A DNA stretch of 64,000 bases, from NCBI RefSeq assembly GCF_009914755.1, contig NC_060926.1, one strand, 5' to 3'. The notes below the pieces were generated by a model. It saw only the letters and a program-made list of their open reading frames with translations. It searched no databases and was not told the DNA's origin. The first letter of the stretch is position 1, and the number at the start of each line of letters is the position of its first letter. The translations under genes were made by a program, and so were the position numbers. Of this stretch, positions 1 through 15,480 are shown one piece after another. Source of the stretch: the human T2T-CHM13v2.0 reference genome, Homo sapiens.

Positions 1-1529
1 AATAAAAGTGAGAAATTAAACTCTACCATCAGAGAAAATCATACAAGAATGATAGAAAGAAGGAAGAGAATACTGCAAAGCAATCAGAAAACAAATAACA
101 AAATGGTAGGAGTAAGTCCCTACTTACCAATAGTGACATTTAATGCAAATGAGTTAAACTTCCCAATCAAAGGATATACAGTGGCTGAATGAAGAAACAA
201 GACTCAATGATCTGTTGCCTACAAAAAATACGCTTCATCTATAAAGAAACACATAGAATTAGAATAAAGGGATGAAAACAAGATATTCCATACTGACGAA
301 AACCAAAAATGAGCAGGAGTAGCTATATTTAGACAAAACAGATTTCAAGACAAAAACTGTAAGAAGAGACAAAGATTATTATATAATGATAAAGTGGTCA
401 ATTCAGCAAAAGGTTATAACAATTGTAAATATACATGCACCCAACACTTGAGCACCCAAATATATAAAGTATATATCACTAGAGCTAAAAAGATAGACAG
501 ACCTCATTAAAATAATAGCTAGAGACTTCAACACCTCACTTTCAGCATTGGGCAGATCATTCAGACAGAAAATCCACAAACAAATGTCAGACTTAATCTG
601 CACTATAGAATAAATGGACCTATTAGATGTTTACAGAACATTTCATCCAAAGGCTACAGAATAAATATTCTTCTCTTTTTCACATTGATGTATTCTCAAG
701 GATAGACCATATGTTAGGTCATAAAACAAGTGTTAAAACATTGAAATAAATTGAAATAATATCAAGCATCTTCTCTAACCACAGTAAAATAAAATGAGAA
801 ATCAATAAGAAGAATAATTTTGGAAACTATACACATACATGGAAATTAAACAGTATGCTCCTGAATGACCAGTGGGTAAATGAATAAATTAAGAAGGAAA
901 TTGAAAAATTTCTGGAAATAAATGATAATGGAAACATAACATATCAAAACCTGTACTGAGAAAAAGCAGTACTGAGTGAAATTAACAGCTAGAAGTGACT
1001 ACATCAAAAAGAAGAAAAACTTCAAATGAATAGCCTAAGAACGGATCTTAAAGAATTAGAAAAGCAAGAGGACACCAAACCCAAAATTAGTAGAAGGAAA
1101 TAAATAATAAATATTGGAGCAGAAATAAATGAATTTGAAATGAAGAAAACAATAGACATAGCAATGAAACAAAAAAATTGGTTTTTTGAAAAGACAAAAT
1201 GGAAAACCTTTAGTCAGATTAATAAAGAAAAATAAATAAATAAAATTACAGATGAAAGAGACATTAAAACTGACATCACAGAAATTCAAAGGATTATTAG
1301 TAGCTACAATGAGCAAATATATGCCAATAAATTGGAAAATCTAGAGGAAATGGATAAATTCCTAGATACATACAACCTACCAAGATTGAAATATGAAGAC
1401 ATGGAAAACCTAAGCAGGTCAATAACTAGTAACAAGATTGAAACTATAATATAAAGTCTCCCAGTAATGAAAAGCCCAGGACCTAATTGCTTCACTGCTG
1501 AATTCTATCAAACTTTTAAAGAAGAACTA
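1..1529 (+). mobile_element. Old LINE-1 (L1M/L1PB-age), inter-ORF region and ORF2 endonuclease region; decayed
   Basis: A-rich strand with typical L1 ORF2 sequence (gagacttcaacacctcactttcagcattgg; aaattggaaaatctagaggaaatggataaattcctaga). Many stops. Confidence 0.9.
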
Positions 1530-2788
1530 AGGAATAACTGGCTAGCCACATGAAGAAGATTGAAACTGGACTCCTTTTTTACACCATATACAAATATCAA
1601 CTCAAGATGCATTAAATACTTCAATGTAAAACCTAAAACTATAAAAACCCTGGAAGATAACCTAGGAAATACCATTCTGGATATAGGACCTGGCAAAGAT
1701 TTCATGACAAAGACACCAAAAGCGATTGCAGTAAAAATAAAAATTGAAAAATGGGGCCTACTGCAAAGCAAGCAAACTATCAACAGACTAAACAGAAATT
1801 CTAGAGAATGGGAGAAAGTATTTGCAAACTATGTAACTGACAAAGCCCTCACATATAGAATCTATAAGGAACTTAAATATGAAAGCAAAAACAAAAAAAA
1901 AACAATAAAAAGTGAGCAAAGGATATGATCAGATAATATTCAAAAGAAGACATACATGCAACCAATAAGCATATGAAAAAATACTTATTATCATTAGAGA
2001 AACACAAATCAAAACCACAATGAGATATCATCTCTCAATGGTCAGAATGGCTATTAATAGAAAGTCAAAAAATAACAGATGCTGGTGTGTTGTGGAGAAA
2101 AGGGAATGCTTATAAAATGTTGGTGGGAATATAAATTAGTTCACTCATTGTAAAAAGCAGTTCAGCAGTTTCTGAAAGATTTCAAAGTAGAATTGTCATT
2201 CTGCACAGCAATTCCATTATTGGGTATATAGCCAAAGAATATAAATCATTTTACCATAAAGACACATACACATGAATGTTCATTGCAGCACTATTCACAA
2301 TAGCGAACATATGTAACCAACCTAAATGCCCATCAATGGTAGACTGGATATAAAAAATGTGGAACATATAAACCATGGAATACCATGCAGCCATAAAAAT
2401 AATAAGGTCATGTTCTTTGAAGCAACATAGATGGAGCTAGAGGACATTATCCTAAATGAACTAACACAGGAACAGAAAACCAAATACCACATATTCCCAC
2501 TTATAAGCGGAAGTTAAAAATTGAGTACCTATGGACACAAAGAAGAGAAAAACAGATACCAGGACCTACTTTAGGGTGGAGGGAGGGAGGAGAGTGAGGA
2601 TCAAAAAACTGCCTATCAGATACTATGCTTATTACTTATATGGTGAAATAATCTGTACTCCAACCCCTGCCTGACACCTAATTTACTTATATAACAAACC
2701 CATACCTGTACCCCTGAATTTAAAAGTTAAAAAAAAAGAAACTAAAAGAAAACAAAAAAGTGCCTTTTAAAACAACAACAAAAGAAAA
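1530..2788 (+). mobile_element. 5'-truncated L1PA15/16-like 3' fragment nested in the older L1
   Basis: ORF 1560-1928 resembles the ORF2 C-terminal region ([15 protein letters not shown]). Followed by an L1PA-type 3' UTR and a decayed A-tail. Probable TSD aaagaagaacta (1518-1529) / aaagaaagaactt (2789-2801). Confidence 0.85.
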
Positions 2789-4348
2789 AAAGAAAGAACT
2801 TATACCAATTCTACTCATACTACTTTGAAAAATAAGAGGAGGAAAAAATACTTTTAAATTAATTCTACAAGACCAGTATTAACCTGACACCAAAACCAGA
2901 CAAAGACACATAAAAAAAGTATAGGTCAATATATCAATTAAATATTGATGCAAAAATCCACAATAAGATACCAGCAAACTAAATAGAACAATAAACTAGA
3001 AAGCTAATTCATCAAGGCCAATTGAGATTTATCTCAGGGATGCAAGGATGGGTCAACATATGCAAATCAGTGGATGCGATACATCATATCAACAGAATGA
3101 AGGAAAAAATCTATATGATAAGTTCAACTAATGTTGAAAATGCATTTGATAAAATTCAATATTGCTTCATGAGAAAAATCTTCTGAAACAACTAGGTATA
3201 GAAGGAACAAACCTCAAAATAATAAAAGCCCTAAATGTTAGACGCACATTTAGTATCATACTAAATGGAGAAAATCTGAAAGCCCTTCCTCTAAGATCTG
3301 AAACACAACAATGATGCCCACTTTCACCACTGATATTCAACATAGTAATGGAAGTCCTAGCTAGAGCAATCAGACAAGAGGAAAAAATAAAGGGCATCCA
3401 AAATTAAAGAAAGAGGTCAAATTATGCTTGTTTATATAGATGGTATAATTTTATATTTGGAAAAACCTAAAGACTCCACAAAAATCTGTTAGAACTGATG
3501 ATTCAGTAAAGTTGCAGGAAACAAAATCAACATACAAAAATCAGTAGCATTTCTGTTTGCTAGCAGTGAACATTCTGAAAAATAAATAAAAAGTAATCCC
3601 ACCTACAATAGCCACAAATAATATTAAATACCTAGGAATAAACTTAACTGAAGAAGTGAAAGATCTCTATAATAAAAACTATAAAACACTGATGAAATAA
3701 ACGGAAGAGGACACCAAAAAATCAAAAGATATTTCATGTTCATGGATGAAAAGAATCAATATTGTTAAATAGTCATACAGATTAAATGCAAAATAATAAA
3801 CTGATTCAGTGCAATTCCTGTCAAAATACTAATGACATTCTTTACAGAAATAGAAGAAACAATCCAAAAATTTGTGGAACTACAAAATTCCCAGAATAGC
3901 CAAAGCTATCCTAAATAACCACCACAAGAACAAGAACAACAATAACAACAACAAAAACTGAAAGAATCACACTACCTAATTTCAGATTGTACTACAGAAC
4001 TAAAACAACCAAAACATCATGGTAGTGGCATAAAACCAGACACATAGACCAATGGAACAGAATAGAGAACACAGAAATGCTGCTACATTGGCAGTTAAAT
4101 CTCCACAAACCTACAGTGAGTTCATTTTTAACAAAAATGTCAAGAACACACATTGGTGAAAACATCGTCTCCTCAACAAATGGTGTCGGGGAAACTGGAT
4201 ATCCATATGCAGAAGAATAAAACTTGTCTCCTCTCTCTTGCCTAACACAAAAATCAAATCACAATGAATTACAGACTTAAATCTAAGACCTCAAACTATG
4301 AAATTACTATAAACTATGAAACTACTACATTGCAAAATCTTCAGGACA
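2789..4348 (+). mobile_element. Continuation of the host L1 ORF2 (reverse transcriptase region); decayed
   Basis: Resumes at ataccaattctactc, where the 1-1529 segment stopped. RT-region sequence gggatgcaaggatgg..., cagtaaagttgcagga. Confidence 0.9.
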
Positions 4349-4349
4349 C

Positions 4350-5777
4350 TGGTGGCCCTGCCTGTCAGCTCAGGATGGTGACTCCACCCCCTGGCTCTTT
4401 GGTGTGGCCTCATCCCCACAGCTTTATGCAGAGACCCCCATCTCTGAGGCTCTGAGCAAAGACAGCCTGACCCATTGAAACAAAAGAGATGGCCCTATCC
4501 TCTGAAAACAAGAATGAAACAACCTTGCCTTCTAGCCCCGTTGAGGGGAGTGTCTGCCCTAATTATTTCTGAGCCATCTTGAGAGTTACTCCTCCCATTT
4601 CTTGAAGGCAGAAGCAAATTCACAGCTAAAAAGCTGTATCATCCTGTCCTGTAGAATCCCAGAAGTTAGAAAACTTATATTTATTTTATCCAATCTCTGT
4701 TCACTTTAGTCCAGACTGGCAATGTTCCTATTTGCATACTCCTCTCTGTATTCTTGTTTTCTGCTGAGGTGGCTGATTAACTAGATGTATAATCTCTTTG
4801 TGAAGTAATTGTCCGGTGTTCTCTCTAGAACAGGCTTTCTTTTTTCTTTTTCTTTTTTCTTTTTTTTTTGCAATTAGGACAGGCAGTACTTTTTAAATCC
4901 TAATATTCTTTTTGGTCAATTCATTCAATTTATCTCCCTGCTCTCACATTTTATCACAAGCAATAAGAAGAAGCGAGGTTCATTCTTCACCCTTAGAAGC
5001 TTAGAAATCTACTTTGCTAAATACTCAATGTCTTTATTTGCAAATATACTTTCCAAAAAGCACTAGAACATACTTCAGCTAAGTTTGTTACCACTTTATA
5101 TTAAGAATCACCTTTGATTATGATTTGAATGTATCCCCCTAAAGTTCACGTGTTGGAAATTTAACTGCCAATGTAGCAGTATTAATAGTTGGGGCCTTTA
5201 AAAGGTGACTGGGTCATTGAAGGTAGAGCACTGATTAATTTATTAATGTCATTATTGTAGGAGTGAGTTAGTTTTTGCAGGGGTGAACTAGTTCTCACAA
5301 GAGTGAGTTGGTTCTCAAGATAGCAGGTTATTATGAAAGCAAACTTAACTTGCTCTTGAGGTCTTTTTCACATGCTTCACTTACTTTTGTGTTCTTCCAC
5401 CATGAAATAACACAGCAAGAAAGCCCTCATGAAATGGTACTGCCATGCGCTTGGGCTTTCCAGCATTCAGAACTGCAAGAAATATATTTCTTTTCTTTAT
5501 AAATTACTCAGTTTATGGTATTCTATTATTGCACAGAAAATAAACTAAGACACCTTTCCTCCGCTTTTCAATAATAAGTACCTCATTTTTGTCTGAGACC
5601 TCACCAATATCACCTTTAGTATTCATATTTCTACCAAGAGTCCCTTCAAGGCAGTCTAAGCTTTTTCAGCAGGCACTTCAAAACTCTTGCACCTCCAACC
5701 ATCACCTAGTTCCAAAGCTACTTTCACATTTTTCACTATTTGTTACAGCATCACCCTACCTTTTGGTACCAAAATCT
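4350..5777 (-). mobile_element. MaLR (MLT1/MST-type) internal region remnant, interrupted by an LTR at 5115-5552
   Basis: Ends ...gttacagcatcaccctaccttttggtaccaaaatc directly against an MLT1-type LTR, the usual MaLR internal/LTR boundary. Confidence 0.7.
5115..5552 (+). mobile_element. MST/MLT1A-type solo LTR (MSTC/D-like)
   Basis: Starts tgattatgatttgaatgtatcccc and ends ...aaactaagaca. Flanked by cctt on both sides. Confidence 0.8.
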
Positions 5778-6206
5778 TGTCTGTTAGGGCAATCATAACA
5801 AAATACCAGAGTCTGGGTGTCTCAAACAACAGAAATTTATTTTCTCATGATTTTTGACGCTGTGAGTACAAGATCAGGGTGCTGTTAGTGTTGGTTTCCC
5901 GTAAAGCCTCTCTTCTTGGCTTTTAGATGGCCACCTTCTGGTTGTGTCCTCATATGCCCTTTTCTCTGTGCATGTGCAGAATGACAGAGATCTCTAGTGT
6001 CTCTTTTTCTCATAAAGGATCTCATATCTGATTCTAGCTATATCAGATTAGAGCCCTTATGACCTCATTTAGCACTATGAGGTCACCCTTATGATCTATT
6101 TAACCATAATTACCTCTTTAAAAACCCTATCTCCAAATACAGTCACATAGGGAATTATAGCTTCCACATTTAAATTTGGAAAAGGAATGCAATTCAGTTC
6201 ATATCA
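5778..6206 (-). mobile_element. MLT1A/B-like LTR
   Basis: aacaaaataccagagtctgggtgtctcaaacaacagaaatttattttctca...aattcagttcatatca. Confidence 0.8.
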
Positions 6207-6399
6207 TTGTTATTGAGCCAATCTTCATATCTCAGTACTTGTATTAATGTCAATTTGCTCTAGCATTGAAATGGAAATACTTTACAAATTTACTATGAAA
6301 AAACGGAAGTTGGCTACTTCTGCTTATTGTAACATTAATTGCTTTGATATGCTTTAATTCTATTTATTAAATGTTTTGCTTTTACAGAGCCTGTTTCTG

Positions 6400-6935
6400 A
6401 CTCTTATTTTCTGATCACTCTACACATTTTGTCAGGTTCATTCTGTCTACTACCTAGGATAATTAAAATACATCATATGTTGATGACTTTCAAATAAAAC
6501 CTGTACATCTAAATTTATCCTGAATATCTGTCCTATTTCAGCTGTAGAAACTTCATAGTTAAATTTTCAAAGATGACCTTACTTCCAACTTTGACCACTG
6601 TTTTCTATCTTAGCAAATTTTATCATTTTCTCTTTGTTCCTAATTATGAAACTACAGCAATATATTTTCTTTTTTCTTTACACTCTGAAACTGCATAATC
6701 ATAATTTTCTATCTACAATTTCTTCTAAATAACTCCTAAAACCATCTATGGTACATCTATCCCTCTCTACTAATAATTTTCAAAATCAGGTCACTATCAT
6801 TTCTTACTTGGATTCTTGTTACATTCTCGTATAAGAGTTTCTGTGTCTCTATTTAATACATTCTCCAAACTGCCAAATTGTAGTTACGGTCATTATGTAA
6901 AGTTTAAATCATTGCATGCCACACTTTCTAACTTG
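6400..6935 (+). mobile_element. Degraded L2 fragment
   Basis: L2-like words atgttgatgactttcaaat and caggtcactatcatttcttacttggatt. Highly diverged. Confidence 0.45.
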
Positions 6936-8928
6936 AAGTTGCTAGAGAGAGAGAAAGAGAGAGAGAGATTGGGTAGGGAGACATAGAGAAGATGCTATTT
7001 ATGGTTAAATGAAGATAATTTTGGTAAATACATATATATTTTTTGAAGCTAAATTATTTTCTTTGTACCTTTATTAATCATTATATGGTTTTATATTGTC
7101 TAATAATAATTGTTCTTCTCACAATATGAGATCAATATAAGTAAGACATTGGGTATTTGGAAAATACATAATAGCTTAATATAAAAAGCAATACTAATGC
7201 TACCAGTAATTCAGACATTTCAACTGAAACTATTTGTATAAATTTCCTTTGAACATATGAGTAAAACATTATCCAAGATATAGAATATATAGCCTGTGTT
7301 TATCTCTCTCTCTTTCTCCCATTCTATTGATTATCCTATACTTAAAAATAAACAGATATATTTAAACAAATTTAGGGTCGTACCATGTATTAGAGAACCT
7401 TATATCTGGTTATGAATACCTTGGTCATTAAGATTAGTATGCAATTTGCCTATAGCAATGGGAAAACAAATTTTATTCAATTAGGATTTAGTCATCTTAG
7501 ATCAATTAATTTTTAGGAATAAAATACAAAATTCTTTAACCATATTGTTAGGCCATAGTAATTTATTTAACAAATAAACATGGACTAGATTGTGACAAAT
7601 TTTCTTTTGTTATTTTGTCTTTAATGTAACAACTCTTTGACTAGATTGTATATTTGAAGAGTTTGGGAGGTATAGTCCAAAAATATAGTTATATTTTTCA
7701 TAATGACAAATCCATAATTATTTGCACTCATTAATCATTTGATAAACATTTGCCAGTTAGTAGAAAATCATTTATTTTCACTTGATGTGATTCTTCAAAT
7801 GCAATTTACAAAATATTTCATCTCTTAAAACATTGATATGATCACAGAAATAAATTAGGCATAATTATTGAATGTATTTTCATTTCTTAAGACAGGCATT
7901 ATTTTAATATTCTATAAAGATGATTCTGGCATGAATAAAACATAAAAGTCTTTTTAGTTATAAATATATTTTTAAATAAAGTTACCTATTTTTAATATTT
8001 TAATATAGGATAGACACTGACATTAATTCTTCTCTCTTTGTTTCTCATATACACACACGTTCACACACTTACTATGGCTCTAAAAACTCACTGCCCACGC
8101 AACACCTGCCATTTCAATATGTGTTCATGCGGTGCACAGAATTACTTATAGTTTCTTGAAAATGCTAAACTTTTCAACCATTTATTAGAAATTGTAATTT
8201 GTCTTTGCTACTCCATAGGCATGCAACAAAATTGAGTAAATTAAACCTAAATATAGCTTCCTTCATTTTTCATCTTGTCAATTCATTTTTCTAAAGTGTG
8301 TCTCATCTTTAATCTGATTATTAAATGGCTTCTTCCAGTTACTAGACTAGACATGCTGACTTATTTAAAAAGATTTTGAGAAATTAAAAATGTTAAATAC
8401 TGTGATAGTCCTTTTATCTTCCCTCATTTTGTAGTTCCATGAACAGTTACAGTGATTTTCGAAGACAAAAAAAAAAAAAAAGAGGAAGGTGAAAATAGAA
8501 CCAAAAGAAGAATGTTAACATAAACTTTGGCAGCAATATATTCCTAGTATATTTATTAAATATTTGGAATGTTTTCATTCAGGACATACAATTGGGTTAT
8601 GAAATATGATATATCATCATAACACATTTATGTAACAATAAAACTTTCATTTAAAATCTAAACTACAATAAATACTTTATGCATTTCAAAATCTAGAATT
8701 ATTTTCTATAGAAAGATCCATTGAAATAAAACATAGATAAACTGCAGAAAAATCTCATGTTTTAATTACGTGATTATATTTTTCTCTGTATTTTGCCACA
8801 CTGTGTGATATTTTGTTCTTTTGGTGGGAAGCAGGGAAGTTTTTTCTTTATTGTAATTCCTATACCCTTGTTCCCCAATCTTCTTTTCTATGAGTTGTCT
8901 ACTTAATTCTCTATTTAAAACTGGCACT

Positions 8929-9099
8929 GGTCGGGCACAGTGGCTCACACTTGTGATCTCAGAACTTTGGGAGGCCAAGGCAGGTGGATTGCTTTCGGCC
9001 ATGAGTTTGAGACCAGCCCGGGCAACATAGCAAGCCCTCATCTCTTAAAAAATAAATAAATAAATAAAATAAAAAATAAATTAATTAAAAACAAAGACA
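8929..9099 (+). mobile_element. FLAM_C-like Alu monomer with A-rich tail
   Basis: Left-arm Alu monomer ending catctcttaaaaaataaa. TSD aaaactggcact / aaaacaggcact. Confidence 0.9.
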
Positions 9100-9562
9100 A
9101 AAACAGGCACTGGAGCTGACTCTCCAGGTGTTTCTTTTCCTATTTGTCTGTGACTTAAAATCTTCTCTGTTCTCTGTTGCTTAGTTATTTTTAGGTGATG
9201 GCTAGAAGTGGTTTTGTTTGTTCACATCATTGATTTATTTGTGTTTGTTTTGTTTGGGGGTTTTCTTGTTTGTTTGATTCATTAATACGGTCAGCCATTC
9301 AAATTTAGGAGGTCACCATATGCTACGGGAACTTGAAACTTTCCACATTTCCTCTAGAGGCTTTAGTGAATCTTTCAGTGACTGTAACTTAAGGGCAGAT
9401 CAACTTTTCATTGGTCTTCTAAGACAGAAATTACCAAATCTAGTTCTTTGTCAAAATATAGAGGTAAGCATTAAAAAAAAAAAAAAACCTACATATTTTG
9501 GTATCATCCAGACCTACCAGACCTACACTGAAATAAAAGTTACCTTAAGAAGGATCTTAGTT

Positions 9563-9876
<314 letters not shown>

Positions 9877-10094
9877 TTATATACATTTTTTCCTGATCTC
9901 TTAAATTACTTTGACTAGACATACCAAGTGACTTTACTGGTTTTACATCCAGAATTAGCTCAATACTGACGTTCCATTTCTGAGCTCTCTTCTGACCCCA
10001 AAACTTTATCACCTACTCTCAATTTTCTCAGAGAGACTATTAATCTACAATTTGAAGGGAAAATCTGATTTAAAATAATTAATCATTCAATTTT

Positions 10095-12314
10095 ATTTCT
10101 GTAGTGGTGATGATAAACTCCATAGATTCATTCACCAGTGAAACACCAGAATGGGTGAAAATTATTTTTTAAAAGATACAGTCATTTAAAGTATCTGGAA
10201 ATTGTCCTAAGGACATATAGCAAAGGGGGAAACACTGATTTTTAAAAAAATCTACTCAATCTCAGTAAAGGCAGTGAGTGGTTGTAGCACTTGAGCCACC
10301 ATCTACTCCTTTTGTGCTCCCCAATCTCCGTCTCAGGGTGATAGAAGGTCCATTTTGGCAGATGTGGCCGAGATGGGTCTCTCTTCTCCCAGCTTCAAGT
10401 CAAAATGGGCTCATTCTCTCTTTAGCATCTCCCTAGGAGTGTCATGCCACTGGAATTTCTCATCCTTCACAACTCAGTGCGGCAGAAACTAAATTCTAAA
10501 CAAGGAAGGCTCTGAGGTTGAAAACTCCTTTCCTTCACCTGGCATGGACCCTGCACAGGCTCTGTCTCAAGCATAGTGGGCTGTTTGTTATCCTAACCCC
10601 AGCTTCCTCATAGGGCAGGTCTTCCGTACTGGGAGTGGCAAGCAAATAAGACCAGAAACTCCTACCCCGAGTTCACATCCTGCTCAAAAATGAGAGGTCC
10701 CACACTGAGAAAAGCAGGACCTTGTTCTTTCTTCTTCCTCCAGATCTGGGGCCAGAGATTTTGCTCAAATTGGGAGGCAGACCATAAAAATAGACAGTTT
10801 TGAAGATCTCCCAAGTGAATCAATTTTATTTGGAACAGAGTGTGGGTAATTTCAAGTCTAAAAGTATGCTCAAAACAATGGACATTTGGTAGAGTAAGCA
10901 ATTTAGAGGAAGCTGGTAGCTCCAGGAGAGCAAAAAGCTAAACCAAAAGCCAGCTAGTTTAGCAGAGAGAATCAAGGAGAGAAAGAGATGGAAAGAGCCC
11001 TCCTGGGGTTAGAACACATCACAAAGACTCATCTCAAAACTCACCCCTCAAAGTGGCCCAACTTTAATTGAATCAGACTTTGGAGTAATTTGTGCCTGAG
11101 GGCATTAACAAAAATAATAGAGCAATTATCCAACAATTAGTGGAGGCAAACAACTGAGTCATGATTCTAATGGAGGGAGACAGTTAAACAGATTATGGAA
11201 AGAGACAGCCAAAAAAAGTCCGGATAAATTCACTGTTGTTTCAGGTTTGGGCTGAAGGCTGCAGCATCAAAGAAGCAGCATCAGAGGCTTCATGCTGTAA
11301 TAAAAAGAACTCACTAAAATATTACAGCCATGCCAGTAAATAAATAAATAAGCAAGCAACAACAAGCTCAAGAAAATTAGAGAGGATAAGTATCCATAAT
11401 TGCTTCAATATATTATCCAAAATACCCAGAATTCAACAAAAATAAATAAAGGGTCACCCATGCACAGGAAAGAAAGAAAAACAAAACAAACAAACAAACA
11501 AAAACACTTAACGAACAGACAGTGCCTGTGAGAAGCCCAAATGCCAGACTTTGCAGACAAAGGCTTCAAAGCAGCCATTGTCATCAAAGTATTTGAGCCA
11601 AGATGGTCAAAGAATGAAAGGAAACTACACTTAAATAATTAAAGTATGGTTATAATGTCTCATCAAATAGAGAATATCAATAAGGAGATAGAAATTATTA
11701 AAAAGGAACAGATGGTGGGCACAATGGCATTTACCTGGCCTGTAGTCTTAACTACTCAGAAGGCTGACGTGGGAGGATTGCTTGAGCCCAGATCTGAGTC
11801 CAACATGAGCAACATAGCTCAGACCACATCTCTTTTAAAAAAGGAAAGAAAAGCTACTGCCAAAAAAAAAAAAAGCCAAATAGATATTCAAGAGTCAAAA
11901 AGTCTAAAAACTGAAATGGAACATTAACTAGACATGCTAAACAGCAGATTTGGACTGACAGGCATAAAATCAGCTAACTTAAGATAGATCCTATGAAGGA
12001 CAGAAAGAATTAAGAATGAAGAAAAATGAACAGAGCTTTGGAGAAATGTGGGATACCATTAAGTGCACCAACTATGGAAAATGGGAACACAGAAGAGGAT
12101 AGAGAAAGGAACAAACGATTAAAAGAAATAATGTTTGAAATAAAAATTTTAAATTTCTCAAGCTGGATGAAAAATGTTAATCTACATATCCAATAACCTC
12201 AACAAACTACAGGATCACACTCAGATACAGTATAATAAAAATGCTGAAAACAGAGTCCCAGAAAGAACCCTGAAAGCAGCAACAGAAAAATGACTTGTCA
12301 TGGACAATGGACCC
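10095..12314 (+). mobile_element. Ancient L1M (L1M4/L1MB-type) 5' UTR and ORF1 remnant
   Basis: ORF1-like text (ORF 11646-11927, SHQIENINKEIEIIKK; gagaaatgtgggataccattaag). Collinear similarity to 22265-24300. Confidence 0.75.
11714..11875 (+). mobile_element. FLAM_A/FAM-like Alu monomer inside L1 ORF1
   Basis: cctgtagtcttaactactcagaaggctgacgtgggaggattgcttgagccc...catctc followed by an A-rich tail. Confidence 0.75.
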
Positions 12315-12385
12315 TGTATCAGTTTTTCTACTGCTGCCATAAGAAATTACCACAAACTTACTGACTTAAAACAACAAAAATTTGC
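12315..12385 (-). mobile_element. MLT1 LTR terminal fragment
   Basis: tgtatcagtttttctactgctgccataagaaattaccacaaactt...ttaaaacaaca. Confidence 0.7.
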
Positions 12386-12668
12386 TGATATGGTTTGTCT
12401 CTGTCCCCACCCAAATCTCACCTTGAATTGTAATAATCCCCACATCAAGGGTGGAACCAAGTGAAGATAATTGAATCATGGGGGCAGTTTCACTCATGCT
12501 GTTCTGATGGTTAGTGAGTTCTCATGAGGTCTGGCAGTTTTATAAGGGGTTTCCCCCTTCACTCATCACTCATTCTCTCTCCTGACACCATGTGAAGAGG
12601 TGCCTTTTGCCAAGTTTCCTAAGGCTTCTCAGCCATGCAAAACTGTGAGTCAATTAAACCTCTTTTCT
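12386..12668 (+). mobile_element. THE1 (C/D-like) LTR, 3' end missing
   Basis: tgatatggtttgtctctgtccccacccaaatctcaccttgaattgtaat...gtgagtcaattaaacctctt. Confidence 0.9.
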
Positions 12669-12721
12669 CTCTGTTTTTAAAACAATTAATCGACATTTAA
12701 TAATTGTACATACTTATGGTA

Positions 12722-14326
<1,605 letters not shown>

Positions 14327-14961
14327 AAGTTTGGAATTTTTAATCTATTACAGTTTATTGGCTGACAGCACTGTAGTATTTCCACAAAAAAATGGCAATA
14401 GTATATCTTTTTAAACAACAACAAAAAAAGACTTTCAATATGTCATATGCACCAATGCACAAAATAATGCATATAATCTATTAGGTTCATGAAACTTCTA
14501 AAGGAAATTGATTAATGCTCTAGAGGACTAGAAAACTCTTAAGAACCCTTGAGTTACGGGAAGCATTACAACATCATGCTATATATAAGGCTGGAAGAGA
14601 ACCAGAAATACATTTATATAGGGAGCTACTTGGAAGTTAGGGCAATGACTCGGGCAATGACTCGAGTCATTAAATGCCCATGTGGACAAGGGTAACAGAT
14701 TCTTTCCAGTTCTAGGCAAGACACAGAGATCTAAAAACAGGAATGAAATTCATAGTAAGAGTTAGAAGTCTTACTTACATGAATGAAGAAAAGAACTAAG
14801 TCAGGCAGAACCAAAACCAATCTAGTTATGCTGTTTAACAAAAGATAACAGACAATGAATAGGATCCTGTTGTCAAGAAAAAAGACTAGCAAGAGCAAGC
14901 TAAGTTAATTCACAGTCTCATAACCCCATCAAAAATTAAACAGTGCACTACGTCACTAAAG

Positions 14962-15480
<519 letters not shown>

